Sequence record: OZ035730.1
Strand: one strand, 5' to 3'
DNA length: 40,216 bases
Origin: Kayfunavirus CLBP1
The first letter of the stretch is position 1, and each line of letters starts with the position of its first letter. A program made the position numbers and the translations under genes. Positions 6,748-16,899 of the stretch are shown in pieces. Under the pieces are notes generated by a model. It saw nothing but the letters and a program-made list of their open reading frames with translations, had not been told where the DNA came from and made no database searches.

Positions 6748-9429
6748 ATGAGCGTCATCTCTATTGACAAACACGACTTCTCTGATGTGTCGAACGCCAT
6801 TGAGCCGTTTAACCTGCTGGCTGACCACTACGGGCAAGACCTTGCAGTCAAACAGCTTCAGCTTGAGCATGAGGCATACACTGAAGGCGAGCGACGTTTC
6901 ATCAAGAACCTTGAGCGCCAGACTGAGCGCGGAGAACTGGCAGACAATCAGGTCGCCAAGCCTTTGATGCAGACTCTGGTCCCTAAGATTGCGCAAGCCG
7001 TCAAGGAGTGGCATGAAGGTCAAGACGGGAAGCTGTCAACCTCTCGTCCGAGCGTAGCGTTCACCATGTTGAGCACTGAAGAGAAGGCCGTCAAGGACCG
7101 CTCTCTGCGCATCTCCTGTGAGTCTGCTGCGGTTATCATACTGAAGGTCATCCTCTCCAAGCTGGTCAAGCCTGAAGGGATACCGATTACACCTATGGCC
7201 TCAGCGATAGGTCGCACACTTGAGGATGAAATCCGATTCGGTCGCATTCGTGACAAGGAGAAGGAGCACTTCAAGAAGGTGATAGCTGATAACCTGAACA
7301 AGAGAGCCGGGGCATCATACAAGAAAGCCTACATGCAAGCGGTCGAGACATCCATGCTGGAGCAGGGTCAACTGGAAGATGCGTGGGGAACTTGGAGTCC
7401 GACAGAAGCGGTACACGTTGGCATCAAGATGCTTGAGATTGTCATACAGTCCACACAACTGGTCGAGCTTAAGCGTTACGGTGCTGGCAATGCAGCTGCT
7501 GACGTTGAGATGGTCCACCTGTCAGACTTCTGGGTCAAGAAGATGACACAACGTGGGTTCAGCCTTGCGGGTATTGCGCCAGTCTACCAGCCTTGCGTCG
7601 TTCCACCTAAACCGTGGACTGGTGTCGTAGGAGGTGGGTACTGGGCCAAAGGTCGCAGACCACTACCACTGATTCGCTTAGGGTCTAAGTCTGCGGTGGC
7701 GCGTTACGAAGACGTGTACATGCCTGAAGTCTATGACGCTGTGAATATCATCCAGAATACACCTTGGAAAGTTAACAAGAAGGTACTGGAAGTGGTGAAC
7801 ACGGTCGAGAAGCTGAACAACACGCCTATTGACGACATCCCTCAGATGGAGCCACTGAAGCCTGAAGACTATGCGGGTGAGACTGAAGAGGAACTCAAGG
7901 CATGGAAGAAGGCTGCTGCTGGTATCTACCGCCGAGAGAAGGCCCGGCAGTCACGCAGATTGTCACTGAGCTTTATCGTTAACCAAGCGAACAAGTTTTC
8001 TCAGTTCAAGGCCATCTGGTTCCCGTACAACATGGACTGGCGCGGTCGCGTCTACGCTGTGCCGATGTTCAACCCTCAGGGTAACGACATGCAAAAGGGT
8101 CTACTGACTCTGGCAGTCGGCAAGCCTATTGGTGCCGATGGATTTAAATGGCTGAAGGTACACGGTGCAAACTGTGCGGGTGTCGATAAAGTCACCTTCG
8201 AGGAGCGCATCAAGTGGGTGGAAGACAACCACGACAACATCATGGCTGCTGCTAAGGCACCGATGGACAGCATTGAGTGGTGGGGCAAGTTAGACTCTCC
8301 GTTCTGCTTCCTTGCGTTCTGCTTCGAGTATGCTGGCGTAATGCACCACGGATTGTCTTACTCCTGCTCGCTTCCGATAGCGTTCGATGGGTCCTGCTCT
8401 GGGATTCAGCACTTCAGCGCGATGCTTCGTGACCACATCGGTGGACATGCAGTAAACCTGACGCCTTCCGGTAAGGTCCAAGACATCTACCGCATCGTGT
8501 CTGACCGCGTTGAGGAGGAGCTTAAAGTCCTGCTGGTTAACGGCACGGACAACGAGATGGTAACTCACGAGGACAAGAAAACTGGTGAGATTACCGAACG
8601 TCTCAAGCTGGGGACACGAGAGCTGGCCCGGCAGTGGCTGACTTACGGTATGTCACGCAAGGTTACTAAGCGCTCAGTCATGACTCTGGCCTACGGGTCG
8701 AAAGAGTACGGCTTCGCAGACCAAGTTTATGAGGACATCGTGATGCCAGCGATTGACTCAGGGTCTGGCGCTATGTTCACCGAGCCAAGCCAAGCGTCTC
8801 GCTTCATGGCTAAGATGATTTGGGAAGCTGTGAGTGTGACCGTAGTTGCTGCGGTTGACGCGATGAAGTGGCTTCAAGGTGCTGCCAAGCTGCTGGCTGC
8901 TGAAGTGAAGGACAAGAAGACTGGTGAAATCCTGAAGCCTTGCCTTCCGGTACACTGGGTCACGCCTGATGGTTTCCCGGTATGGCAGGAATACCGCAAG
9001 AAGGATACCACTCGTCTGAACCTGATGTTCTTAGGGTCCTTCAACCTTCAACCTACGGTCAACAAAGGTACGAAGAAAGAGCTGGATAAGCACAAGCAGG
9101 AGTCAGGCATTAGCCCAAACTTCGTCCACTCACAAGATGGTAGCCACCTACGCAAGACTGTAGTCCACACGCATCGCAAGTATGGCGTGATGTCATTCGC
9201 AGTGATTCACGATAGCTTCGGGACCATCCCGGCTGACGCTGAATATCTGTTCCGTGGTGTCCGTGAGACGATGGTTGAGACATACCGCGACAACGATGTG
9301 CTGCTTGACTTCTACGAGCAGTTTGAATGCCAGCTTCATGAGAGCCAGCGCGACAAGTTGCCTGAGCTACCGAAGAAAGGTAAACTGAATATCGAAGACA
9401 TCTTGTCTTCAGATTTTGCATTCGCTTAA
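6748..9429 (+). CDS. Single-subunit DNA-dependent RNA polymerase (T7 gp1-like)
   Basis: 893 aa; conserved T7 RNAP family motifs throughout (PMFNPQGNDMQKGLLT, HGANCAGVDK, DGSCSGIQHFSAM, SFGTIPADA, C-terminal FAFA). Confidence 0.97.
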   Translation: MSVISIDKHDFSDVSNAIEPFNLLADHYGQDLAVKQLQLEHEAYTEGERRFIKNLERQTERGELADNQVAKPLMQTLVPKIAQAVKEWHEGQDGKLSTSRPSVAFTMLSTEEKAVKDRSLRISCESAAVIILKVILSKLVKPEGIPITPMASAIGRTLEDEIRFGRIRDKEKEHFKKVIADNLNKRAGASYKKAYMQAVETSMLEQGQLEDAWGTWSPTEAVHVGIKMLEIVIQSTQLVELKRYGAGNAAADVEMVHLSDFWVKKMTQRGFSLAGIAPVYQPCVVPPKPWTGVVGGGYWAKGRRPLPLIRLGSKSAVARYEDVYMPEVYDAVNIIQNTPWKVNKKVLEVVNTVEKLNNTPIDDIPQMEPLKPEDYAGETEEELKAWKKAAAGIYRREKARQSRRLSLSFIVNQANKFSQFKAIWFPYNMDWRGRVYAVPMFNPQGNDMQKGLLTLAVGKPIGADGFKWLKVHGANCAGVDKVTFEERIKWVEDNHDNIMAAAKAPMDSIEWWGKLDSPFCFLAFCFEYAGVMHHGLSYSCSLPIAFDGSCSGIQHFSAMLRDHIGGHAVNLTPSGKVQDIYRIVSDRVEEELKVLLVNGTDNEMVTHEDKKTGEITERLKLGTRELARQWLTYGMSRKVTKRSVMTLAYGSKEYGFADQVYEDIVMPAIDSGSGAMFTEPSQASRFMAKMIWEAVSVTVVAAVDAMKWLQGAAKLLAAEVKDKKTGEILKPCLPVHWVTPDGFPVWQEYRKKDTTRLNLMFLGSFNLQPTVNKGTKKELDKHKQESGISPNFVHSQDGSHLRKTVVHTHRKYGVMSFAVIHDSFGTIPADAEYLFRGVRETMVETYRDNDVLLDFYEQFECQLHESQRDKLPELPKKGKLNIEDILSSDFAFA

Positions 9430-9441
9430 CAGGAGATAGTT

Positions 9442-9657
9442 ATGAAATTTGCACACAAGCAGGCTGGTGTTAATGGTGGGACTCAAATCGTGACCGTAAC
9501 AGAACACAACGGCAAGGGTCTGGTGAAGACCACTGTCATCCCAACTGAGATGTCCAAGCAGCTTAACGTCCCGTTCAAGACTCTTGTATATCTGGTAGAG
9601 TCCAGCCACGAGAAGTACCTAAAGGACGCAGTGTCAAAACTGGAGCAGACCAAATGA
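9442..9657 (+). CDS. Hypothetical protein (71 aa) between RNAP and the phi1.1-like promoter
   Basis: SD AGGAGA 7 nt upstream of ATG; no recognised motif; no T7 counterpart recalled here. Confidence 0.5.
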   Translation: MKFAHKQAGVNGGTQIVTVTEHNGKGLVKTTVIPTEMSKQLNVPFKTLVYLVESSHEKYLKDAVSKLEQTK

Positions 9658-9732
9658 CAGACCTACAGTTACTGGCCTTGTGGCTAGGAGCACTCGCAGT
9701 ATTCACTTTAATCCAACGCAGAAGAGGTTAAC

Positions 9733-9755
9733 CTAAACTATCACTATAGGATTAG
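9733..9755 (+). promoter_or_regulatory. Phage RNAP promoter (phi1.1-like)
   Basis: CCTAAACTATCACTATAGGATTA; +1 G at 9750. Confidence 0.8.
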
Positions 9756-9798
9756 ACTCAAGGTCATGACTCAAAGTCGTGGCCTTCATGATTAACCC
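9753..9798 (+). promoter_or_regulatory. RNase III-type processing hairpin (R1.1-like), copy 2 of 3
   Basis: AAGGUCAUGAC (9761-9771) pairs with GUCGUGGCCUU (9777-9787), loop UCAAA; flanks TTAGACTC / CATGATTAACC shared with copies 1 and 3. Confidence 0.6.
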
Positions 9799-9828
9799 TA
9801 AATAAACACTACTGGAGATTTAACCGTA

Positions 9829-9999
9829 TGTATCAGAACACTATCAACTTCGAGCGCATCCGTGAACGTCAGCAGACTGAAGGTTACATTCCTAAGGGCC
9901 GCAAGCTGAACAAAACTAAACGTGGTGGTGGTATCAAGGGCGCTTTCCGAAACGCTGAAGGTAAAGACTCTCTGGTTAACCAAGAGAAATACTTCGTAG
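9829..9999 (+). CDS. gp1.1-like small basic protein (56 aa)
   Basis: Hand-translated MYQNTINFERIRERQQTEGYIPKGRKLNKTKRGGGIKGAF...; GRKLNKTKR matches remembered T7 gp1.1. Confidence 0.55.
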
Positions 10000-10011
10000 G
10001 AGCATAACCAA

Positions 10012-10275
10012 ATGGGCCGACTTTATAGTGGCAACCTCAACGCTTTCAAAGCAGCGTGTAGCAGGCTTTATCAGTTAGACTTCGCTGTTATATCTCAGGA
10101 GTTTCAAGACAATGTGTCTCGCCAAGAGTGTATGAAACTCAGGGTGGAGGACCGAGCTGGCAACATCTTCGCGCTTGAGACCTTCGCACACTACGATGAA
10201 GACGTGCTGTATAATACTGCAACCGACTACCTCAACGGTCTCGCTGACCAACTCGATACATGGAGCAAAGCATAA
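10012..10275 (+). CDS. gp1.2-like host dGTPase inhibitor
   Basis: 87 aa; MGRLYSGNLNAFKAA...LRVEDRAGN...HYDEDVLYN matches remembered T7 gp1.2. Confidence 0.8.
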   Translation: MGRLYSGNLNAFKAACSRLYQLDFAVISQEFQDNVSRQECMKLRVEDRAGNIFALETFAHYDEDVLYNTATDYLNGLADQLDTWSKA

Positions 10276-11327
10276 TGACAACTATTAAAACCAACCCACA
10301 CCGCGCTGTAGATTACTCTGAGTCTGGCGTTAAGAAGGCACTGGAAGCAGCCGGGTCTCTGGAAGCTGAAGTGAAGTACGATGGTGTCCGGTTGAATCTT
10401 CCGGTATTCCCTACTGGTGAGACTCAATGGTTGAGCCGTGAGTCTAAACATCTCCCAGCACTTGAGTGGCTGTCAGTCCTTACCAACATCGACAACATCG
10501 TTGAGGACCAGCAAAAAGCCAGCGACTGGCGATGGTTCCTGAAGCAGGCTGGCTACGAAGGCACTGGCCTGATGATTGACGGTGAGGTCATGGTAAAGGG
10601 AGTGGACTTCAATACGTCTTCAGGTCTCATCCGAACGAAGTGGGTAAATCAAAAGAACTTTGAGTTTTCCACTGGTGAGCACTGGGGTAAGAGCTGGAAG
10701 AAAGAGAATCTACCGTTCTGTCTTGACAAGAAGTACATCAAGGTAGTCGTCTACGGTATCGTGGACCTTAACGTCATCCTCGACCCCAAGGCCGAAGGTC
10801 CTATCCATAGCGTCACCCGCCTGAAGGCCGAAGCTATCGTCCCTCTCCTCCAGAAATACTTCCCGGAAATCGAATGGGTTCTTTCGGAGTCACACACGGT
10901 CTTTGACCTTGAGTCGCTCCAATCCCTGTACGAAGAGAAGCGAGCAGAAGGTCACGAAGGACTGGTGGTGAAAGACCCACTGGGCAAGTGGAAGCGTGGC
11001 AAGAAGTCAGGCATGTGGAAAATGAAGCCGAGCGAAGAGGCAGACGGCCATGTTGTTCGTCCGGTATGGGGAACGGAAGGTCTAGCCAACGAAGGTCTGG
11101 TAATTGGCTTTGACGTTATGCTTGAGAACGGGATGGAGGTCTCCGCAACTAACATTAGTCGCGCCCTTATGTCCGAGTTCACCGAGAACGTCAAGTCGGA
11201 CCCAGATTACTACAAAGGGTGGGCCTGTCAGATTACCTACATGGAGGAGACACCAGATGGAAGTTTGCGACATCCGTCATTCGACCAATGGCGAGGTACT
11301 GAGGACAATCCTACAGTCAAGATTTAA
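10275..11327 (+). CDS. ATP-dependent DNA ligase (T7 gp1.3-like)
   Basis: Start MTTIKTNP mirrors T7 ligase MMNIKTNP; adenylation motif KYDGVR; ATG overlaps gp1.2 stop. Confidence 0.9.
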   Translation: MTTIKTNPHRAVDYSESGVKKALEAAGSLEAEVKYDGVRLNLPVFPTGETQWLSRESKHLPALEWLSVLTNIDNIVEDQQKASDWRWFLKQAGYEGTGLMIDGEVMVKGVDFNTSSGLIRTKWVNQKNFEFSTGEHWGKSWKKENLPFCLDKKYIKVVVYGIVDLNVILDPKAEGPIHSVTRLKAEAIVPLLQKYFPEIEWVLSESHTVFDLESLQSLYEEKRAEGHEGLVVKDPLGKWKRGKKSGMWKMKPSEEADGHVVRPVWGTEGLANEGLVIGFDVMLENGMEVSATNISRALMSEFTENVKSDPDYYKGWACQITYMEETPDGSLRHPSFDQWRGTEDNPTVKI

Positions 11328-11361
11328 GGTTGACCGGACGGCTCCTTCTGGAGTCGCCAAC

Positions 11362-11718
11362 ATGAAGGGTAAGCACTTAGGCTATCGACGCAAGGACGGC
11401 TACTGGGTTATAAGCACAACAAAGGGTCAACTCCTTGCTCACAGGGTAGTCTGGGAACTAACTCATGGTCCGATACCTGAAGGAATGGTGATTGACCATA
11501 TAAACCGCGACCCTTCTGATAACCGCATTGAGAACTTACGATGTGTAACCCAGGCAGTGAACCTAACAAACGTTCCCGTCCGTAGCCACTGCAAGTCTGG
11601 TGAGAAGTATGTGAACTTTGAGCCAAGGACTGGTAGATGGCAACTTCGGATAAAGCGTAAGTCATATGGTACGTTCGACACCATAGCTGAGGCGGTAGCC
11701 TTGAGAGATTCATTATGA
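11362..11718 (+). CDS. HNH homing endonuclease with AP2-like DNA-binding tail (free-standing)
   Basis: MKGKHLGYRRKDGYWVIS...LAHRVVWELTHGPIPEGMVIDHINRDPSDNRIENLRCVTQAVN...YVNFEPRTGRWQLRIKRKSYGTFDTIAEAVALRD; HNH core plus AP2-type motif. Upstream part of track ORF 11104 overlaps the ligase and is not counted. Confidence 0.75.
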   Translation: MKGKHLGYRRKDGYWVISTTKGQLLAHRVVWELTHGPIPEGMVIDHINRDPSDNRIENLRCVTQAVNLTNVPVRSHCKSGEKYVNFEPRTGRWQLRIKRKSYGTFDTIAEAVALRDSL

Positions 11719-11722
11719 CGTC

Positions 11723-11756
11723 AACCCAGTGGTCTTAGGACTGCTGGGTTTCTTTG
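11723..11756 (+). terminator. Hairpin plus U-tract (intrinsic terminator-like)
   Basis: CCCAGUGGUC (11725-11734) pairs with GACUGCUGGG (11739-11748), 10 bp with two G.U, loop UUAG, followed by UUUCUUUG. Confidence 0.5.
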
Positions 11757-11777
11757 CGTCTAGGCCACCAGCTAGAC

Positions 11778-11800
11778 CCTAAGCTATCACTATAGGACAA
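11778..11800 (+). promoter_or_regulatory. Phage RNAP promoter (phi1.5/1.6-like)
   Basis: CCTAAGCTATCACTATAGGACAA; +1 G at 11795; one mismatch to consensus at about -13. Confidence 0.7.
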
Positions 11801-11824
11801 CCATCAACTCAAAGGAGAGACTCA

Positions 11825-12085
11825 ATGTCTAAGAACTTAATGTTTAATCGCTTTACGTCTACCTTCCACCTGTCCAACAATCCGTTCGCCTGCATCAAGC
11901 GCAACGAGAAGGTAGGGTTCTTCGGCAAGGTCGTGAAGCTGTCACCTACAGTCTACGCGCTGTTGACTCCGGGCAAGATTGAAGAGGCACGCCAGAAGAA
12001 AGACTCAGCTGTGCCTGTGGTCTACACTAAGTGGCCTCGCCTGCGTCTGGTCGTAGAGTTCGCGAAGGAGGCCTACAATGACTGA
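11825..12085 (+). CDS. Hypothetical protein (gp1.6-like by position)
   Basis: 86 aa; SD AAAGGAGAGA upstream; assignment by synteny only. Confidence 0.55.
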   Translation: MSKNLMFNRFTSTFHLSNNPFACIKRNEKVGFFGKVVKLSPTVYALLTPGKIEEARQKKDSAVPVVYTKWPRLRLVVEFAKEAYND

Positions 12086-12497
12086 GCAACAGGTAGCTAT
12101 TAAACTGATTGAGCTTAACCCACAAGCCCCGAACGACCAGTGCTGTCCCGGTACTACCTGTCCGGGTATTTCCTGCGATGAATGCCCATTCGATGAAGGA
12201 GACCTGACGTTTGGCGACATTCGAAAGCAGTACGCTCCCAAGCATACGGTAGAAGACGATGGTGTTCGCAAGCCATCTCACTATCAGGTCTTTGATGGCG
12301 TGGAATCCATTGAGATTATCGCTCGGTCCATGACTGTCAGCGAGTTCCGTGGTTTCTGCATGGGTAACGTCCTTAAGTATCGACTCCGAGCTGGTAAGAA
12401 GTCCGAGCTGGCTACTTTGGAGAAGGACCTAAACAAAGCAGCCTTCTATCAGGAGCTGTTCGACCTTCATAAAGGTAAGTGCTATGACTCCAAGTAG
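12078..12497 (+). CDS. Nucleotide kinase (T7 gp1.7-like)
   Basis: C-terminal VRKPSHYQVFDGVESIEIIARSMTVSEFRGFCMGNVLKYRLRAGKKSELATLEKDLNKAAFYQELFDLHKGKCY matches remembered T7 gp1.7; Cys-rich N-terminal segment. Confidence 0.8.
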   Translation: MTEQQVAIKLIELNPQAPNDQCCPGTTCPGISCDECPFDEGDLTFGDIRKQYAPKHTVEDDGVRKPSHYQVFDGVESIEIIARSMTVSEFRGFCMGNVLKYRLRAGKKSELATLEKDLNKAAFYQELFDLHKGKCYDSK

Positions 12498-12575
12498 CTG
12501 GTGCTTTAGACAGTGGGCCTCAACCGGGAATGTGGACTACCTGTCCATGTACCATATGTGGAAGGAGAAAGGACT

Positions 12576-12734
12576 ATGAGCATTGAAGAAAAGAAATACA
12601 TCGTGGAGCTTGAGGGTCGCATTCAGTCCTTCGAGGTTCCGGTGTACGCAAAGTCTCTTGAAGAGGCTACCCTGAAGTCCCAAGAGTATGAGGATGCAGG
12701 GTTTGTGGTAGGACGGATTCGTCCTGAGACCTAA
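12576..12734 (+). CDS. Host RNA polymerase inhibitor (T7 gp2-like)
   Basis: SD GGAAGGAG upstream of ATG 12576; [33 protein letters not shown] matches remembered T7 Gp2. Track ORF start 12513 is upstream of the likely start. Confidence 0.75.
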   Translation: MSIEEKKYIVELEGRIQSFEVPVYAKSLEEATLKSQEYEDAGFVVGRIRPET

Positions 12735-12752
12735 ACTATCACTGTAGGACAG
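12730..12752 (+). promoter_or_regulatory. Phage RNAP promoter, variant core (phi2.5-like)
   Basis: CCTAAACTATCACTGTAGGACAG; A to G change at -3; +1 G at 12747. Confidence 0.6.
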
Positions 12753-12792
12753 ACGTCCAGTTAGTAACTTTTAAATTAGGAGATTTACACCA

Positions 12793-13494
12793 ATGGCTAA
12801 AGAGCAACTGAAGACTTTCACCACTCCGGTAGCTGGTATCGTTGAGCCTTACGCATGGCTGAACAAAGCAGACACCAAGTTCAACGAGCGTGGTGAGCAT
12901 AAAGTCAACCTGACATTCGACCTGAGCGACCCGAAGGTCCGCAAGATGATTGATGTCTTGCAGAAGATTCACGACGATGCGTATGCGAAAGCACTCGCAG
13001 ACCACGAGAAGAACCCACCTCAGGTTCAGCGTGGCAAGAAGCCTATCGAACCACGTGAAGGCGACATGCCGTGGATTGAGAACGGTGACGGCACTGTTAC
13101 CCTGAAGTTCAAATGCTTTGCGTCTTACTTGAAAGACGGCAAGTCCGAGCCTATCGTATTACGGTTCTATGACACCGATGCTAAACTCATCCGTGACGTC
13201 CCGAATATTGGCGCTGGGTCTAAGCTGAAGGTCAAGTTTAAAGTCCTGCCGTTTAAGTGGAACGCTGCGACTGGTGCAAGCGTTAAGCTCCAACTTGAGT
13301 CCTGCCTTCTGGTAGAACTGAAGGAGTGGAAAGGTGATGGCACTGGTGGTGATGGTGGTTGGGGTGACGATGAAGACATCGGCTCCGGTGGCTACAAAGC
13401 GTCAACCGACGGTGACTTCGGGTCTGATGACTTCGGTGACGATGGTTCCGAAGGTGGTGACGACTCCAGCTCTGGTGGCGATTACGACTTCTAA
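12793..13494 (+). CDS. Single-stranded DNA-binding protein (T7 gp2.5-like)
   Basis: 233 aa; Gly/Asp-rich acidic C-terminal tail ending DYDF as in gp2.5. Confidence 0.85.
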   Translation: MAKEQLKTFTTPVAGIVEPYAWLNKADTKFNERGEHKVNLTFDLSDPKVRKMIDVLQKIHDDAYAKALADHEKNPPQVQRGKKPIEPREGDMPWIENGDGTVTLKFKCFASYLKDGKSEPIVLRFYDTDAKLIRDVPNIGAGSKLKVKFKVLPFKWNAATGASVKLQLESCLLVELKEWKGDGTGGDGGWGDDEDIGSGGYKASTDGDFGSDDFGDDGSEGGDDSSSGGDYDF

Positions 13495-13946
13495 TGACCC
13501 AATGGTCTGCAAAACGGGGGCACTCTGTGGGTGCCTACCGCTCTGGACTTGAAGCCAAGAACCAGCAGTGGCTGGAACAGAACGGCGTCAAAGCGGAGTA
13601 CGAAAGCCATTATATCAACTATGTGATTCCGGCTTCCGACCACAAGTACACACCAGACTTTATCCTTCCAAACGGTATCATCGTGGAGACCAAAGGTATC
13701 TTCGATAGTGATGACCGTAAGAAGCACCTTCTGGTACGAGAACAGCACCCAGAGTTAGACATCCGGTTCGTGTTCTCAAGTTCCCGCTCCAAGTTATACA
13801 AAGGGTCTCCGACCACGTATGGCGCATGGTGCGAAAAGAACGGCTATAAGTATGCCGATAAGTTCATCCCGGTTGAGTGGCTGCGAGAGGCGACTGTACG
13901 TCTGCCTTCAGGTATACTCATCCCCAAGAAGAAAGGAGTTAAGTGA
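13494..13946 (+). CDS. Endonuclease I, Holliday junction resolvase (T7 gp3-like)
   Basis: 150 aa; YTPDFILPNGIIVETKG...DDRKKHLLVREQHPELDIRFVFSSSRSKLYKGSPTTYG matches remembered T7 gp3. Confidence 0.9.
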   Translation: MTQWSAKRGHSVGAYRSGLEAKNQQWLEQNGVKAEYESHYINYVIPASDHKYTPDFILPNGIIVETKGIFDSDDRKKHLLVREQHPELDIRFVFSSSRSKLYKGSPTTYGAWCEKNGYKYADKFIPVEWLREATVRLPSGILIPKKKGVK

Positions 13947-14170
13947 TGACTCAGGAAGTTAAGGTCGTTCGTCAGCGTCTGACCATTGATAAAATCCCGG
14001 TAGGCTATGCGTTTATCGTCCACGGTAAGCCGGGTGAAGTGTACGTGAAGATTAGTAACTCTCACGTCTTCAACCATAAGTTACTCCAGATGCACACCAC
14101 GGATGCTAACCGCTTCCAACGTCATCTGAACCTCGTAGCTGTAGAGCTGGTGGTGTATGATGGTGAGTAA
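13943..14170 (+). CDS. Hypothetical protein (75 aa) inserted between endonuclease I and lysozyme
   Basis: ATGA overlap with gp3 stop, strong SD AAAGGAG; 3' end overlaps the lysozyme start; no T7 counterpart recalled. Confidence 0.55.
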   Translation: MMTQEVKVVRQRLTIDKIPVGYAFIVHGKPGEVYVKISNSHVFNHKLLQMHTTDANRFQRHLNLVAVELVVYDGE

Positions 14171-14618
14171 GGTGCAATTCAACCCACGGTCCCGGACTGA
14201 CGCTATCTTCGTTCACTGTAGTGCAACCAAACCGTCTCAGGACATCGGGGTAGACACTATCCGCATGTGGCACAAGCAGCAGGGATGGCTGGACGTAGGC
14301 TACCACTTCGTCATCAAGCGAGATGGTACTGTGGAAGAGGGTCGCCCGGTAGATGTAGTGGGGTCCCACGTTAAGGATTGGAACTCCCGGTCCGTAGGCG
14401 TCTGCCTTGTTGGTGGAATCGACGCTAAGGGCAAGTTTGAAGCCAACTTCACGCCTGCTCAGATGAACGCTCTACGAAACAAGCTGGCTGAACTGAAGGC
14501 CCTGTACCCTCAGGCAGACATCAAGGCTCACCACGATGTAGCACCAAAGGCTTGCCCAAGTTTTGACTTACAACTCTGGCTGTCTACCAATGAACTGGTA
14601 ACTTCCGACCACGGTTAA
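14157..14618 (+). CDS. Lysozyme / N-acetylmuramoyl-L-alanine amidase (T7 gp3.5-like)
   Basis: VQF...TDAIFVHCSATKPSQ...WLDVGYHF...KRDGTVE...GVCLVGGID...FTPAQM...HHDVAPKACPSFDL...NELVTSD matches remembered T7 lysozyme. Confidence 0.93.
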   Translation: MMVSKVQFNPRSRTDAIFVHCSATKPSQDIGVDTIRMWHKQQGWLDVGYHFVIKRDGTVEEGRPVDVVGSHVKDWNSRSVGVCLVGGIDAKGKFEANFTPAQMNALRNKLAELKALYPQADIKAHHDVAPKACPSFDLQLWLSTNELVTSDHG

Positions 14619-14642
14619 TAAACTCTAAAGGAGAACAACTAA

Positions 14643-14858
14643 ATGATTAAACTTATTGAATTTCTTGGTCGTCTGGTGGTGCGTGGTTATCGTCGTGCTG
14701 CGGTACTGGAGCGAAAGGTAGAAAAGAAGACTGCTGACGGTGCGGCTGATGCTGCTGCTCTGGCTGACAAGCTGACCATCGCGTCACTGGAAGCGGGCAT
14801 GAAGGCACGTCAAGCTGACACCAAAGCTGACCAGTTGGCCCAGTTCTTCAAAGCCTAA
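14643..14858 (+). CDS. Hypothetical protein (71 aa), Ala/Lys-rich
   Basis: SD AAAGGAGAA upstream; occupies the slot of T7 gene 3.8 but has no HNH motif. Confidence 0.5.
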   Translation: MIKLIEFLGRLVVRGYRRAAVLERKVEKKTADGAADAAALADKLTIASLEAGMKARQADTKADQLAQFFKA

Positions 14859-14876
14859 ACTATCACCTTAGGGATG
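14854..14876 (+). promoter_or_regulatory. Phage RNAP promoter, variant core (phi4-like)
   Basis: CCTAAACTATCACCTTAGGGATG; two changes in the -4 to -2 region; +1 G at 14871. Confidence 0.55.
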
Positions 14877-14923
14877 GGACCATGAGTCCTGTCCCTTTGT
14901 TCGCATTTGTGATTAAGGAGTGA

Positions 14924-16627
<1,704 letters not shown>

Positions 16628-16671
16628 GCGTGATATAGCTGATTATAAGAATTTTATGGAGGACACCATTA

Positions 16672-16836
16672 GTGTTAAAGAAACTTAAAGCTCGATACCA
16701 TCGGTTCATGTACAAATGGTGGAGCGAAGAAGCAACCTGCCTGTCGAACATTCTGGGAGACCAAAGGTTCGACTCTAAGGCATGGAAGAAAGCTAACCGG
16801 AAGTTTATGTATCACTTCTTGCGTACAGACTTCTAG
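16672..16836 (+). CDS. Hypothetical small basic protein (54 aa, GTG start)
   Basis: Hand-translated VLKKLKARYHRFMYKWWSEEATCLSNILGDQRFDSKAWKKANRKFMYHFLRTDF; GGAGG 9 nt upstream; non-ATG start. Confidence 0.25.
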   Translation: MLKKLKARYHRFMYKWWSEEATCLSNILGDQRFDSKAWKKANRKFMYHFLRTDF

Positions 16837-16838
16837 GT

Positions 16839-16882
16839 CTAGACTCAAGGTCATTCACATTGAGTGGCCTTTATGATTAGAC
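16839..16882 (+). promoter_or_regulatory. RNase III-type processing hairpin (R4.7-like), copy 3 of 3
   Basis: AAGGUCAUUCA (16847-16857) pairs with UGAGUGGCCUU (16861-16871), loop CAU; compensatory base-pair changes relative to copies 1 and 2. Confidence 0.6.
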
Positions 16883-16899
16883 TAAACGGAGGATTAACC

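Noticed and set aside
9654-9731. 25-codon hydrophobic ORF (MTDLQLLALWLGALAVFTLIQRRRG) overlapping the stop of the 9442 ORF.
   Set aside because: Very short, no convincing SD, and it ends within the promoter/hairpin region. Could be real but not supportable from sequence alone.
11104-11718. Track ORF 11104..11718 (204 aa) as the full HNH endonuclease.
   Set aside because: The first ~85 codons overlap the ligase gene in another frame and show no HNH-family features. The HNH protein most likely starts at ATG 11362, just after the ligase stop.
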